From Octopus vulgaris (lineage: Eukaryota): DNA of 64,000 bases. The translations under genes and the position numbers were made by a program. Positions 13,684 through 26,567 of this stretch are shown piece after piece. Location of the stretch: assembly GCA_951406725.2 (NCBI GenBank), contig OX597818.1, forward strand, positions 52,018,001 through 52,082,000, written 5' to 3'. The notes below the pieces were generated by a model. The model searched no databases, was not told where the DNA came from, and worked only from the letters and a program-made list of their open reading frames with translations. The stretch's first letter is position 1; each line of letters begins with the position of its first letter.

Positions 13684-14938
13684 ATTGTACTTTTTTTATA
13701 CTTTTTTTATACTTTTAGTATGTATTTCAATTTTTACCTAATTGGCTGGTGTGAGGTACCATGATGGTACCCTTGTAATCAAACATACGCTTCAGGCCTT
13801 TTATTTACGCATTTTATTCAACCGTGACCATGCATACGGAAGCATCATTTGGTCCCTATTATTTCAGTTTGATAGATAAAACTTGACCGTTCGATAAATA
13901 AAGAAAAATAAACGAATAACCAGACTACAATAGTAATAGTATCGACAAGGTACCCTAAAACCTATTTCTTTACTACCTACAAGGGGCTAAACACAGAGAG
14001 GACAAACAAGGACAGACAAACAGATTAAGTCGATTGTATCGACCACAGTGTGTAACTGGTACTTATTTTATCGACCTCGAAAGGATGAAAGGCAAAGTTG
14101 ACCTCGGCGGAATTTGAACTCAGAATGTAGCGGCAGACGAAATATCTATTTCTATTTCTGTATTACCCACAAGGGGCTAAACATAGAAGGGACAAACAAG
14201 GACAGACATAGGTATTAAGTCGATTACATCGACCCCAGTGCGTAACTGGTACTTAATTTATCAACCCCGAAAGGATGAAAGGCAAAGTCGACCTCGGCGG
14301 AATTTGAACTCAGAACGTAACGGCAGACGAAATACCGCTAAGCATTTCGCCCGGCGTTCTAACGTTTCTGCCACCTCGCCGCCTAAAACCATTGAAGATT
14401 CTAGCATGGCCGAAGTCAAAGATCTGAAACCATTAGAATAATATATGTGACTGTTAGGATGTCTCACATCGGTACACTGTCAACTAAGGTACAGGAATTA
14501 CAAAATCCTAAAATATAACTCTTTTTATACTTTCTCTCTTTTTACTTGTTTCGGTCGTTTGACTGCGGCCATGCTGGAGCACCGCCTTGTTAGTCGAGCA
14601 AATCGCCCCCAGGATTTATTCTTTGGAAGCCTAGTACTTATTCTATTGGGCTCTTTTGCCGAACCGCTAAGATACGGGGACGTAAACACACCAGCATCGG
14701 TTGTCAAGCGATGTTGAGGTGGGGGCGAACACAGACACACAAACACACATGCATATATACATACATATATACGACGGGCTTCCTTTAGTTTCCGTCTACC
14801 AAATCCACTCACAAGGCGTTGGTCGGCCCGAGGCTATAGTAGAAGGTGGAACTGAACCCGGAACCATGTGGTTCGTACGCAAGCTACTTACCACACAGCC
14901 ACTCCTGCGCCTATATTCATCAAAATTAAAGCATATAG

Positions 14939-15011
14939 AGGAGAATCCATGAAACGATCCCGATATCTCTTGTATACTAAGCGATCAGTCTACCATCTGA
15001 GGCAATTCCCC
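14939..15011 (-). pseudogene. tRNA-Ala pseudogene (loop reads AGT)
   Basis: Colinear with the consensus but has many stem-breaking substitutions. Confidence 0.85.
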
Positions 15012-15070
15012 TCACGTGGCTCTGATTTTTAAGTAATATATATATTACTGAAGTCATTATGTTTGTTTGT

Positions 15071-15457
15071 GTGGAGGCGCAATGGCCCAGTGATTAGGGC
15101 AGCGAACTCGCGATCGTAGGATCGCGGTTTCGATTCCCAGTCCGGACGTTGTGAGTGTTTATTGAGCGAAAACACCTAAAGCTCCACGAGGCTCCGACAG
15201 GGATGGTGGTGATCCCTGCTGTACTCTTTCACCACAACTTTCTCTCACTCTTACTTCCTGTTTCTGTTGTACCTGTATTTCAAAGGGCCGGCCTTGTCAG
15301 TCTCTGTGTCACGCTGAATATCCCCGAGAACTACGTTAAGGGTACACGTGTCTGTGGAGTGCTCAGCCACTTGCACGTTAATTTCACGAGCAGGCTGTTC
15401 CGTTGATTCGGATCAACCGGAACCCTCGTCGTCGTAACCGACGGAGTGCTTCCTTCC
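15071..15457 (+). mobile_element. tRNA-derived SINE, family C
   Basis: A box TGGCCCAGTG and B box GTTTCGATTCC; TSD ATGTTTGTTTGT; other copies at 33240-33535, 36950-37320, 38715-39020, 51715-52035 and 63418-63745. Confidence 0.88.
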
Positions 15458-15506
15458 ATGTTTGTTTGTAGAACAGAATTCCAAAATAGACCGTTATGCT
15501 TGGAAT

Positions 15507-15579
15507 TGGAGAATCCGGGTATCGATCCCAGCACCTCTGGCATACTAAGCAAGCGCTCTACCATCTTAGATAATTCCCC
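15507..15579 (-). pseudogene. tRNA-Ala-derived copy with AGT anticodon, probably a pseudogene
   Basis: Acceptor stem (G3:U70) and B box intact; D-stem/A-box mutated (TATCTAAG); one anticodon-stem mismatch. Confidence 0.85.
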
Positions 15580-15908
15580 TTACAAGTAACAATTGCTTAA
15601 TTAATAGCCAATAAAAGAATGTGTGTGACATTTTAGGCTAGAGATGGACAAGTTGTTTACGATGATCATTGTAAATCCGTACAAGTACAAGTTGGTTACG
15701 ATGGTCGTTGTAAATCGACATGATAAAAGGCAAAGTTGACCTCGCTTCTATTCGATGAATGTAAAGAGCCGGTAGGAATATCGTCAAACATTTTACAACA
15801 TTCTAGATGCAGTACCAGGCAGTAGCTCTCATGGCTTCTGATCATAACTAATTGGAAGTGTTATCATGTACATTGTTTTGTCTTGGTGTAAAAGACATTC
15901 TGCTCAGT

Positions 15909-16092
15909 TTTGCTTGACCAAAACCAGTTGAGCATGACCTTAACAGATTTGCTTGGCCTTAACCAGTTGAGCATGACCTTAACAGATTTGCTTGGCCTTA
16001 ACCAGTTGAGCATGACCTTAACAGATTTGCTTGGCCTTAACCAGTTGAGCATGACCTTAACAGATTTGCTTGGCCTTAACCAGTTGAGCATG
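15909..16092. repeat. 39-bp minisatellite, ~4.5 copies
   Basis: Unit CTTGGCCTTAACCAGTTGAGCATGACCTTAACAGATTTG. Confidence 0.95.
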
Positions 16093-17120
16093 TTTCTTGG
16101 TGGTTGATGATCATGAGCAGGAGAAGTGTGTGGGGTAGGAGGAGCGTCATAGCCACCCTTATGTTGAGAGCAGTTCTTTGGGGGTTTGAATAATTCACCT
16201 CTGAAAACATGGGTATTTCGTTCAATCTTTATTCAGGGATGTGCTGCTCGATCTGAAGAAAGTTCTAACTGGGCCCGTCTGCAAGGTTATGCTCTGTTTA
16301 TCTTGATATGCGATCACCATGTCGCGCATATATGGCTGTGATTCATGTACCTGGTGTACCCTTACCAGACAGGTAGTCATGGCGAGTATATTGGGCTTCG
16401 TATATTTTACCCAAATAATCTTTCATAAGCTTCAGTTCTTTTATTGATTTCCTTTATTCAGCCCCTTTAAAAGGCGGTAGAGTAGTGAGGGGGGGGGCTC
16501 ATTTGGTCCCTGTTATTTCAGTTCGATAGTTAAGACTTCACCATTCGATGAATAAATAGAATAAAATAATCCTTTCTATTATAGGCACAAGGCCTGAAAT
16601 TTGAGGGCGGAGGTAGGTAGTCGATTACATCGACCCCGAAAGAATGAAAGGTAAAGTCGACCTCGACAGAATTTGAACTCAGAACGTAGCGACTGTTGAA
16701 ATACGGCTAAGCATTTGGCCCGGCATGCTAACAATTCAGCCAGCTCGCCGCCTTTAAGTGTAATGAAATAATTCTTTCTACTTTAGGCATAAGGCCTGAA
16801 ATTTGGTGGGAGGGGATAGTCGATTACATCGACCTCCAGTACTCAACTGGTACTTAATTTATCGACCCCTAAAGGATGAAAGGCAAAGTCGACCTCGGCG
16901 GAATTTGAACTAAGAATAAAATAATAACCAGACTGCAATAGTAATGTCATCGACACAGCCTAAAACTATTGAAGACTCCAAGATGGACGAGGCCAATGGT
17001 CTGGAACTAATAAAATAGAATATAACACTATTAGGATGTCTCACATGGGACGGGCAAGAATAGCAGAATACAAGAATAACAGAATTCTAAAACATAAATA
17101 CTCTTTAAAATTGTAATATA

Positions 17121-17193
17121 TATATTGTGCGGGAATCGATCTCGGTATCTCCCGCATGCTAGGTGTGCGAGCTACGATCTGAGATAATTGCTC
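17121..17193 (-). pseudogene. highly decayed tRNA-Ala pseudogene
   Basis: gggaatcgatctcggtatctcccgcatgct...gatctgagataatt aligns without gaps to the consensus. Confidence 0.7.
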
Positions 17194-17537
17194 TTACATG
17201 AAAGTAATGTAATATATAATTAAAGACAATAATGCTTGTCTGGATATGTTGTTTTTTATTTTGTTGATTTTTTTGTTTTTTTGTCTGTGTGAGTGTAGAT
17301 ATAATTAATGTGGCTGATTGTTAAGACTTAGCTATTCGATAAGTAGAGAGTAATAAAATGAAAACCTCAATACAATAAGTAACTGGGTGAATTTGACGGC
17401 ATAAAACCAGTGAAGGCGTTGCTCTAGCATGGTCGTAATCGAATGATTGAGAGCAATAAAAGAACACGTGAGTTTTTAAGTATGTAATAAAAAAAATACA
17501 TAAAGATAAAAAAATGAATAAATAAAATGTAACACGT

Positions 17538-17581
17538 GGAGAATCCGGGTATCGATCCCGGTACCTCTCGCTTGCCAAGCC
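17538..17581 (-). pseudogene. tRNA-Ala 3' half fragment
   Basis: Acceptor 3' strand, T-arm and part of the anticodon arm (loop TTGGCAA); 5' half missing. Confidence 0.85.
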
Positions 17582-17671
17582 CGTATGATGATGAACCACG
17601 TGGACCACTTCGTGGGACATAATGATGATATACAAAAGAAGTATAATGCATATCACTAAAATATTATCAAG

Positions 17672-17744
17672 TGGAGAATCCGGGCATCGATCCCGGTACC
17701 TCTCGCATGCTAAGCGAGCGCTCTACCATCTGAGCTAATTCCCC
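17672..17744 (-). tRNA. tRNA-Ala(AGC)
   Basis: Exact reverse complement of the consensus cloverleaf; anticodon AGC; G3:U70. Confidence 0.97.
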
Positions 17745-18079
17745 TCACGGTGAAAGATGCTTTATTTAACGCATATATTATAAATGACATTATGATTGGG
17801 TGTGTTCATGGCAGTGGGGGACGAGTCGGTGTGCCTGACTGTTATCATCTGCGTGGGCGTGCGTTCGGTTTACATGCACTCCGCACACAGCGCTGCAGAA
17901 GAGGCTTCGGTAGGGTGGTGTTGTGACACTTAGATTTGAAGGCATTCTTTCGATATAGCTCGACAAGGTCATGACATTTCACTTCGGGTAGTTCCGTGGG
18001 TTGTGGAGTATAGATATAACGAAATTATGCCAGCCAATGTCTCATTTTAAACTCAAAGAAAAAAAGCCTTGCATATTTG

Positions 18080-18665
18080 GGTATTACTTAAGAAGAGTGG
18101 TCCCGGTGCGCGCACTCGCGTACTCGCTCATCCGCGCTAGCTAGTCGTGACTAGTCAATCCTTAATTTGTGTTTTTGTTTTATTTACTTTCTTTAAAAAA
18201 AATTATTTACTTTGTGTTTTTGTGGGTTTTTTTATCATTATTACTTGTTTCAGTCATTTGACTGCGGCCATGCTGGAGCACCGCCTTTAGTCAGTCGAGC
18301 AAATCGACTCCAGGACTTGTTCTTTGGTCGGCCCGAGGCTATAGTAGAAGACACTTGCCCAAGGTGCCACGCAGTGGGACTGAATCCAGAACCATGTGGT
18401 TGGTAAGCAAGCTACTTAGCACACAGCCACTCCTACGCATATTGTTTTATTTACTTTGTTTTTAAAAAATTATTTACTTTGTGTTTTTGTGTTTTATTTA
18501 CTTTGTTTTAAAAAAAATTATTTACTTTGTGTAAAAAAATTATTTATTTTGTGTTTTATTTACTTTGCTAGGTTGTCGTTGTAGGATTGACTAGTCACGA
18601 CTAGCTAGCGCGAGTGCGCGAGTACGCGAGTGCGCGCACCGGGACCACTTTTCTTAAGTAGTACC
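18080..18665. mobile_element. MITE with ~80-bp TIRs and 9-bp TSD (MULE/Merlin type); contains a SINE fragment
   Basis: TIR GGTATTACTTAAG...CTTAAGTAGTACC; TSD GCATATTTG at 18071-18079 and 18666-18674. Confidence 0.9.
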
Positions 18666-19273
18666 GCATATTTGTTCTTACCTGTTTCATGTGTGTATGT
18701 AAAATCCGCAAATTTCCAAGCGGAAAACAGAATCGAACTGTCATTTGCTTCCACGGAAATACCCGAAATGAAGTGTTTTGATTTTGTCGAGTTATACCGA
18801 AAGAATGCCGTTTCGAAAGTAAAATTACAATCCCTTAACGAGTAACAAAATTAAACGTCGCTTGATTGGAGTATCGTGGATGCATGGAAGACAAATCCTT
18901 AAATCCTTAAAAATAGCTTAGCCCGAAGGCCGCGGCCATGCTGGGGCACTAAGAAAATATTATATACTCAGGCCTATTCCCCATTTTTTTTTTAGGAGGG
19001 GGTAGCCACAACAAGACACATCAAGCATTCCATTTATTTCCCAGCTCAAAGAGGCGAGCCCCGTCCTATGCTCGGGTCAAGGCATAGAACGCAACCCCCC
19101 AGTATCAACAGCGAGTCCCGACAACATATGCTGGTTTACCCCCGCCGCATCATACTGGTTCCGTAACCCTTTGAGCAACATCAAAATTCACTCAAAATCA
19201 GAAATATTAAATTTCTAAATAAAGAGATATGTACGGTGGTGGAGCGATAGAGTGGTTGTATACTGTCAACTTA

Positions 19274-19661
19274 GAGGAGGCGCAATGGCCCAGTGGTTAG
19301 GGCAGCGGACTCGCGGTCATACGATCGCGGTTTCGATTCCCAGACCGGGCGTTGTGAGTGTTTATTGAGCGAAAACACCTAAAGCTCCACGAGGCTCCGG
19401 CAGGGGATGGTGGTGATCCCTGCTGTACTCTTTCACCACAACTTTCTCTCACTCTTACTTCCTGTTTCTGTTGTACCTGTATTTCAAAGGGCCGGCCTTG
19501 TCACTCTCTGTGTCACGCTGAATATCCCCGAGAACTACGTTAAGGGTACACGTGTCTGTGGAGTGCTCAGCCACTTACACGTTAATTTCACGAGCAGGTT
19601 GTTCCGTTGATTCGGATCAACCGGAACCCTCATCGTCGTAACCGACGGAGTGCTTCCTCCC
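19274..19661 (+). mobile_element. tRNA-derived SINE, family C, inserted into a palindromic element
   Basis: TSD ACTGTCAACTTA at 19262-19273 and 19662-19673. Confidence 0.9.
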
Positions 19662-20072
19662 ACTGTCAACTTAACGTGACAGTCCTGTAAGGGAATTACA
19701 CCACCGCCGTTTAGCCCTAGGAAGCATCGACGCTTCCTGTCGGCCTTGACACATTTCTTGTGTCCTTATATATTTTTTTATATTTTTGTGTCAAGGCCGA
19801 CAGGAAGTGTCGATGCTTCCTAGGGCTAAACAGCGGTGGTGTAATTCCTTACGGGACTGTCAACTTAACGTGACAGTCCTGTAAGGGAATTACACCACCG
19901 CTGTTTAGCCCTAGGAAGCATCGACACTTCCTGTCGGCCTTGACACAAAAATATAAAAAAATATATAAGGACACAAGAAATGTGTCAAGGCCGACAGGAA
20001 GCGTCGATGCTTCCTAGGGCTAAACGGCGGTGGTGTAATTCCCTTACAGGACTGTCACGTTAAGTTGACAGT
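19662..20072. repeat. nested palindrome A-A'-A-A'
   Basis: The 411-bp segment is nearly self-complementary and each half is itself a hairpin. Confidence 0.93.
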
Positions 20073-20093
20073 ATACAACCACTCAAAATTCAC

Positions 20094-20330
20094 TCATCCA
20101 TCCACAAACACTCTCCACGCTTTCCTATCATTTAGAAACTCCCTTGCCTCTCTCTCTCCAACACCTCTAACTACCAAAGCTTTCCTCACTCCATCCATCC
20201 GCACAAACCGTGGTCTGCCCCTGGTTCTGGTGCCTACCTCTTCTACCTTCATGGTAAGGAACCATCCGCTCCTCATCCATCCTCTCCGTGAGACCAAACC
20301 AACCCAACATTCGTCTATCCATTTTGGTTG
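20094..20330 (-). mobile_element. RTE-like LINE 3' coding fragment
   Basis: GTRTRGRPR...DG...DRKAWR C-terminal motif. Confidence 0.7.
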
Positions 20331-21049
20331 TTAGTTTTTCTCTCCTTCCTGAGAGAAAGAAATGTATGCTACAGAATTGAGTACTGACTTAGCACAGAGG
20401 TCGATGTATTCGATTTAGTACATCCCCTGAAATTCCTGGCCTTGTACCAGAATTTGAAACTATGATAAAAGGCATTAAAGGCAGCGAGCTGGCAGAAACG
20501 CTAAGCACGCCGGGCGAAATGCTTGACAGTATTTCGTCTGTCTTTATGTTCTGAGTTCAAATTCCGCCAAGGTCTCACCTTTGCCTTTCATCCATTCGGG
20601 GTCGATAAATTAAGTACCAGTTGCGAACTGAGGTCGATCTAATCGCCTGGCTCCACTCGCAAAATTTCAGGCCTTGTGTCTAGTGTAGAGAAGAATCGTT
20701 AGCACGCTGGACTAAACGCTGCTAAGCATTTTATCCGGCTACGTTCTGAGTTCAAATTCCGCCGAGGTCGACTTTTCCTTTCGGGGTCGATAAATAAATA
20801 CCAGTTGCGTACTAGGGTCGATATAATCGACTGGCCCCTCTCCCAAGGTGCCACGCAGTGAGAATGAACCCGGAAGCATGTGGTTGGTAAGCAAGCTACT
20901 TACCACACAGCCACTCCTGCGCCTATTATCAAAAGTAACCCCCTACCCTTTTTTCTTTTTGTACTTCAATACTGTGTGATTTGAGGGTGATTTGGCTACT
21001 AATTCTAGCAAACTCAGTGGCCACGGAGAGGCTTTACTTCTAGTCTCGT

Positions 21050-21165
21050 TCAGTTTATGTTGATTGGTGGACAAAGATTGCTTTAATAAATGAAAAGCCA
21101 GTTCAGCTTCTGCAGTCCATTGAGGGATCAGGTGACCATCTTTGTCACCCACCCACACATCATTG
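21050..21165 (-). mobile_element. Ty3/gypsy-like RT-RNaseH connection fragment
   Basis: WTAEAELAFHLLKQSLST motif only. Confidence 0.45.
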
Positions 21166-21330
21166 ACCAATAGTATACGAGGAAAAGGCGTAGAATGGGC
21201 GGGGTTTAGAATGAGGCGGTGATAGAGTAAAAATAACGTTGGTGGTGGGAGAGTGAAAGCTAAATAAACCCAGCATGGAGAATAGAGAAGAGGGAGTAGA
21301 GAAAGAGGGAGTTGGAAATAGAGAGGCAGC

Positions 21331-21378
<48 letters not shown>

Positions 21379-21636
21379 TAGAATGAGAGAGAGAGAGAGG
21401 GGGAGAGAGAAGGTGAAAGACGAGCTTAAGAGAAATACTTGCATTTTTTTTCTTTTATTCTTTTATTCTATCACTTGCTTTAGCTATTTGAATGCGGCCA
21501 TGCTGGAGCACTGCCTTGTACTTATTCTGTCGGTCTCTTTTGCCGAACCGCTAAGTTACAGGGTTGTAAACACACCACCATCGGTTGACAAGCGGTGATG
21601 GAGTGACAAACAGACACAAAAGCCCCCCACCCTATA

Positions 21637-21679
<43 letters not shown>

Positions 21680-22087
21680 GTATATACAACGGGCTTCTTT
21701 CAGTTTCCGTCTACCAAATCCACTCAGAAGGCTTGGGTCGGACCGAGGCTATAGTAGAAGACACTTGCCCAAGGTGCCACGCAGTGGGACTGAACCCGGA
21801 ACCATGTGGTTGGTAAGCAAGCTACTTACTATACACCCACGCCTGCGCCTACAAAACATCGAGGCAAATATATACGCAGATACAGACACACGCACTCACA
21901 CACAGACACACACACACACACGCACAAGTAGCTTGCTTACCAATCACATGGTTCCGGGTTCAGTCCCACTGCGTGGCACCTTGGGGCAAGTGTCTTCTAC
22001 TATAGCCTCAGGCCGACCAAGGCCTTGTGAGTGGAATTGCTAGACGGAAACTGAAAGAAGCCCGTCGTGTATATACATACGTACATA

Positions 22088-22141
<54 letters not shown>

Positions 22142-22441
22142 TGTGTCTGTGCTTGTCCCCCCAACGTCGCTTGACAACCGCTGCTGGTGTGTTTACGTCC
22201 TCGTAACTTAGCGGTTCGGCAAAAGAGATCCTATAGAATAAGTACTAGGCTTACAAAGAATAAGTCCTGGCGTCGATTTACTAAACTAAAAGGCGGTGTT
22301 CCAGTATGGCAGCAGTCAAATGACTGAAACAATTAAAAGAGTAAAAGAGAAAGTAAGTTTATCATTTGATTATATATGAGCAATGTGTAGATATATGCAT
22401 GAGAATATATACATAAAACAAAACATACAAATCTGCACATA

Positions 22442-22473
<32 letters not shown>

Positions 22474-23116
22474 CATATCCTGTTGTTGATGTTGAAATTC
22501 CAAAGAAGGTTCCTTGGATCTAGTTTAGAAACCGAATCTTTCTCAATTGGTTAGAGATCTACAAATAAATTGAGTAATGACAACCATACATACATACGTG
22601 GTCTGATCAATAAGTATCCGGACTGTTGCCATAGTAACGAAGCTAAATCTACGCACATTCCTTCCAAGCACTGCTGTATACAGCGGAAGTGAGCTAGAAT
22701 GTTAAAACTTAGTGCACATGCACAGAAAAGTTCACGGACAATCTGTGCCAAGCGGCTTCACTTTTCATGCTTTGGCTTCGTTACTATGCCGACAGTTCAG
22801 ATAATTTTTGAACAGACTTCGTATACACTCACACAGGCGCGCGCGCATGCACTCTTTTACTTGTTTCGGTCATTTGACTGCGGCCATGCTGTAGCACTGC
22901 CTTTTGTTGAACAAATCGACCCCAGGGCTTATTCATTGTAAGCCTAGTACTTATTTTATCGATATATCTTGCCGAACCACTAAGTTACGAGGACGTAAAC
23001 ACACCCACAACCGTTATCAAGCAACGTTGGCGGGACTGACTCAGTCACACAAACATATATATATATATATAAGACGGGCTTCTTTCAGTTTCCGTCTCCC
23101 AAATCCACTCACAACT

Positions 23117-23155
<39 letters not shown>

Positions 23156-23323
23156 CATAAGGGACTAAAGCCATCTGAATATGGCTAGGGACAGGGCAGG
23201 GTGGTGGGGGTGTTACTGTTGCATTTAGCCCCAGGCGAACATCGACGTCACCAGAAAGGCTCGACACCGTCACGGTGCCCTTAACCTGCAAAGGGAGGTA
23301 ATTCCCCGATGAAGCGGAAACCA

Positions 23324-23369
23324 CACACGGACCATGGTTTCAAGGTGTATTGCCTATCATCGGCGTGTG
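23324..23369 (-). ncRNA. variant hammerhead motif (left palindrome arm)
   Basis: Mirror copy of 23502-23547. Confidence 0.7.
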
Positions 23370-23501
23370 GTAGGCCTCCGCTTCCTCGACGAATTCTCAC
23401 TCTTTCGAACAGATTTTCGAAATCAGCAAATGTATTTTGCTTGAAAATCTATATAAGAAAATCCTGCAGAGTGAGAATTCGTCGAGGAAGCGGAGGCCTA
23501 C

Positions 23502-23547
23502 CACACGCCGATGATAGGCAATACACCTTGAAACCATGGTCCGTGTG
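23502..23547 (+). ncRNA. variant hammerhead motif (right palindrome arm)
   Basis: cacacg-CCGATGA-TAGG caataca CCTT-GAAAC-CATG-GTC-cgtgtg. Confidence 0.7.
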
Positions 23548-23761
23548 TGGTTTCCGCTTCATCGGGGAATTACCTCCCTTTGCAGGTTAAGGGCACCGTG
23601 ACGGTGTCGAGCCTTTCTGGTGACGTCGATGTTCGCCTGGGGCTAAATGCAACAGTAACACCCCCACCACCCTGCCCTGTCCCTAGCCATATTCAGATGG
23701 CTTTAGTCCCTTATGTTATCGAGCAGTTACTGTCTATATCCCTTTTAGAGAATTATTATTG

Positions 23762-23814
<53 letters not shown>

Positions 23815-25447
23815 TACGAAGGTTTCTTTAATTTCAGTTGGCCAAATCCATTCACAAGGCATTGGTCGGTCTGGGGCTATAGTAGAAGACACTTGACCAA
23901 GGTATGCCAAACAATGGAACTGAACTCAAAACCATCTGGCTGGGAAACAAACGTCTGAACACACAACCATGCCTGCACCAATATTCTTCATTACTTTCGA
24001 AATTAATTAATTAAAACAAAAAACACTAACGAAAGGGTTACATTGACGTCCTATCAAATCCCGTCATTGTTGAAAATCTTTTTAGCATTACACCAATGTG
24101 GGACACCATCATTAATTACGATTACTCTTTTGATGTTTTGCTGATTTCAGTGATTCGACCGTGACCAAGCGGCAGCATCATTCGCAGTGCTGTTAGGCGA
24201 CCGTATTGATCCCATTATTTACATCGTGGTCATCGTCGACATGCACCATAATCTTTTCCAGCTTGCTATAGTGATGACACTATAGCAAAAACCTTCCTGT
24301 TTAAGCGAGGGTTCTCCCATCGGATGAAGTTATAGATTTAGGTCTTTCTGACTTTCTCATAGGATTTTCTTGGCAGAGATATTGGGGCTGTTTGCTACTG
24401 CCTTCACCGACTAGATGGCCGTTATCCCACAAAGAGCTCATCCATAGCATCAGTAGGTCCTGTTTCTAGTCTTGCTGGGTTTCCAGGCACCTCCCGGCTC
24501 ATGAGTAGCGGTATTTCGTCTGTCTTTACGTTCTGAGTTCAAATTCCACCGGGCTCCATTCCGCCTTTCATCCTTTCGGGGTCGATAAATTAAGTACCAG
24601 TTGTGTACTGGGGGCGATCTAATCAACTGGCCCCCTTCCCCAAAACTTCGGGGCTTGTGCCTAGAGTAGAAAAGAATATTTAAAGGCGGAGGGAGCCGGT
24701 TCGATCGCCGAACAGGTAATACTGGTTACCTGTAGTACCAGGTGTCATCAGTATATGATCTGCTTGGCAGTTAAAAATTGGTCATTCAATAAGTATTGAA
24801 CGATATTCTTTTCTACTCAAGGAACAAGGCCCGAAATTTTGGGTGGGGGGAGAGCCAGTCGATTAGATCCACCTCAATACGCAACTATTACTTAATTTAT
24901 CAACCCCGAAAGGATGAAAGGCAAAATCGACCTCGGCAGAATTTAAACTCAAAACGTAGTGCCAGACGAAATACTGCTAAGCATTTCGCTCGGCGAGCTA
25001 ACGATTCTGTCAGCTGGCCGCCTTTAAATATTCTTTTCTACTCTAGGTACAAGGCCCGAAGTTTTGGGGAAGGGGGCCAGTCGATTAGATCGACCCCAGT
25101 ATGCAACTGGTACTTAATATATTGGCACCGAAAGGATGAAAGGCGGAATGGAGCTCGGGGGGAATTTGAACTCAGAACATAAAGACAGACGAAATACCGC
25201 TAAGTATTTCGCCCGGGGTGCTAACGTTTCTGCCAGCTGGCCGCCTCAAGTATTGGACGATATTGCATACCAAACTGGGTAGGTAGTGTAAATCTAGTGT
25301 AGACAATGCTCCAACATGGCCACAGTTGAATGACTGGAAACAATAAATCAACATAAGTGACCATTATCATAGTGTTAACTCACATAAGAACTATGAATAG
25401 AAAGATATGAAACAGAATGCTAAAATGTTGCTAAGCACACAAAAGGT

Positions 25448-25520
25448 TGGAGAATCCGGGCATCGATCCCGGTACCTCTCACATGCTAAGCGAGCGCTCT
25501 ACCATCTGAGCTAATTCCCC
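25448..25520 (-). tRNA. tRNA-Ala(AGC), G30:U40 variant
   Basis: Intact cloverleaf; anticodon stem CTCGC/GTGAG. Confidence 0.96.
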
Positions 25521-26144
25521 CCACATTACTATTCGATTCTTTTTAACTAATAACCAATAAATGAACTTGATTTTCAAAGCATATGATAATTTCTTCAACG
25601 ATGTGCACAACACCTGAGATTTCGGGGAAGAATCGATGACATCGACCATAGTCTTCGACTGGTGCTTATTTTATCGACATCAAATGATGGAATGCTAAGT
25701 CGACCTTGGAAGATTTTGAACTCAAAACATAAAGCCAGACAAATACCTATTTCTTTACTACCCACAAGGGGCTAAACACAGAGAGGACAAACAAGGACAG
25801 ACAAACGGATTAAGTCGATTATATCGACCCCAGTGCGTAACTGGTACTTATTTAATCGACCCCGAAAGGATGAAAGGCAAAGTCGACCTCGGCGGAATTT
25901 GAACTCAGAATGTAACTGCAGACGAAATACGGCTACGCATATCGCCCGACGTGCTAACGAGCCTGCCAGCTCGCCGCAACGCATTTCGTCTGACGGTCTC
26001 ACGATTCTGCCAACTCACCGCCTTTTATTTAGTTTTAGTTGTATTTTTCTTGTTTTTTTTTAACTATATATTAACGATGCTATCGTACATAGATAAGAGC
26101 GATAAAACAATTCTAAAATACAACCTCGCGATAAAATTATGACG

Positions 26145-26217
26145 TGGAGAAACCAAGCTTCGATCTCGGTATCACTTGCATGCTAAATGAGCGTTCCACC
26201 ATCAAAGCAAATTCCCT
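26145..26217 (-). pseudogene. tRNA-Ala(AGC) pseudogene
   Basis: Colinear with many substitutions, which are shared with 29673 and 33617. Confidence 0.85.
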
Positions 26218-26352
26218 CTCCCTCTTTTGCGTTATCATTAATAACTAATATTTTTTTTTCCTTTCTCTCCCTTTATATATATGTGACTGCGTGTGTATCG
26301 TTGGCGATTTTCTTCCTCTGTCTTCTCTTCCTTGGATCTTTCCTTTTCCTAC

Positions 26353-26387
26353 GTTTCTGATGAAGAGCTCCACTCGAAACGTTAAAT
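26353..26387 (+). ncRNA. minimal type-I hammerhead ribozyme motif
   Basis: gttt-CTGATGA-A-gag ctcca ctc-GAAAC-GTT-aaat. Confidence 0.68.
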
Positions 26388-26499
26388 CCTTCTTCTTTCT
26401 TTCCTTTCTTGAGCGTCCAATAACACTATACTTGTTCCACGTCCTCGCGTTGTTGTGTTTTCTCTTTGTGCTTTCATGTTTGGATTAACTATACATACA

Positions 26500-26567
<68 letters not shown>

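Larger units (their letters stand above)
23152..23719. repeat. 252-bp inverted repeat with a 64-bp spacer
   Basis: Arms 23152-23403 and 23468-23719 are reverse complements. Confidence 0.95.

Noticed and set aside
15155-15406. Recurrent ORF MFIERKHLKLHEAP... (also 19358, 33287, 36999, 51802)
   Set aside because: It lies within SINE family C copies, and the reading frames differ between copies.
15909-16092. CRISPR-like regular repeat
   Set aside because: Head-to-tail identical 39-bp units with no unique spacers, eukaryotic context and no cas genes.
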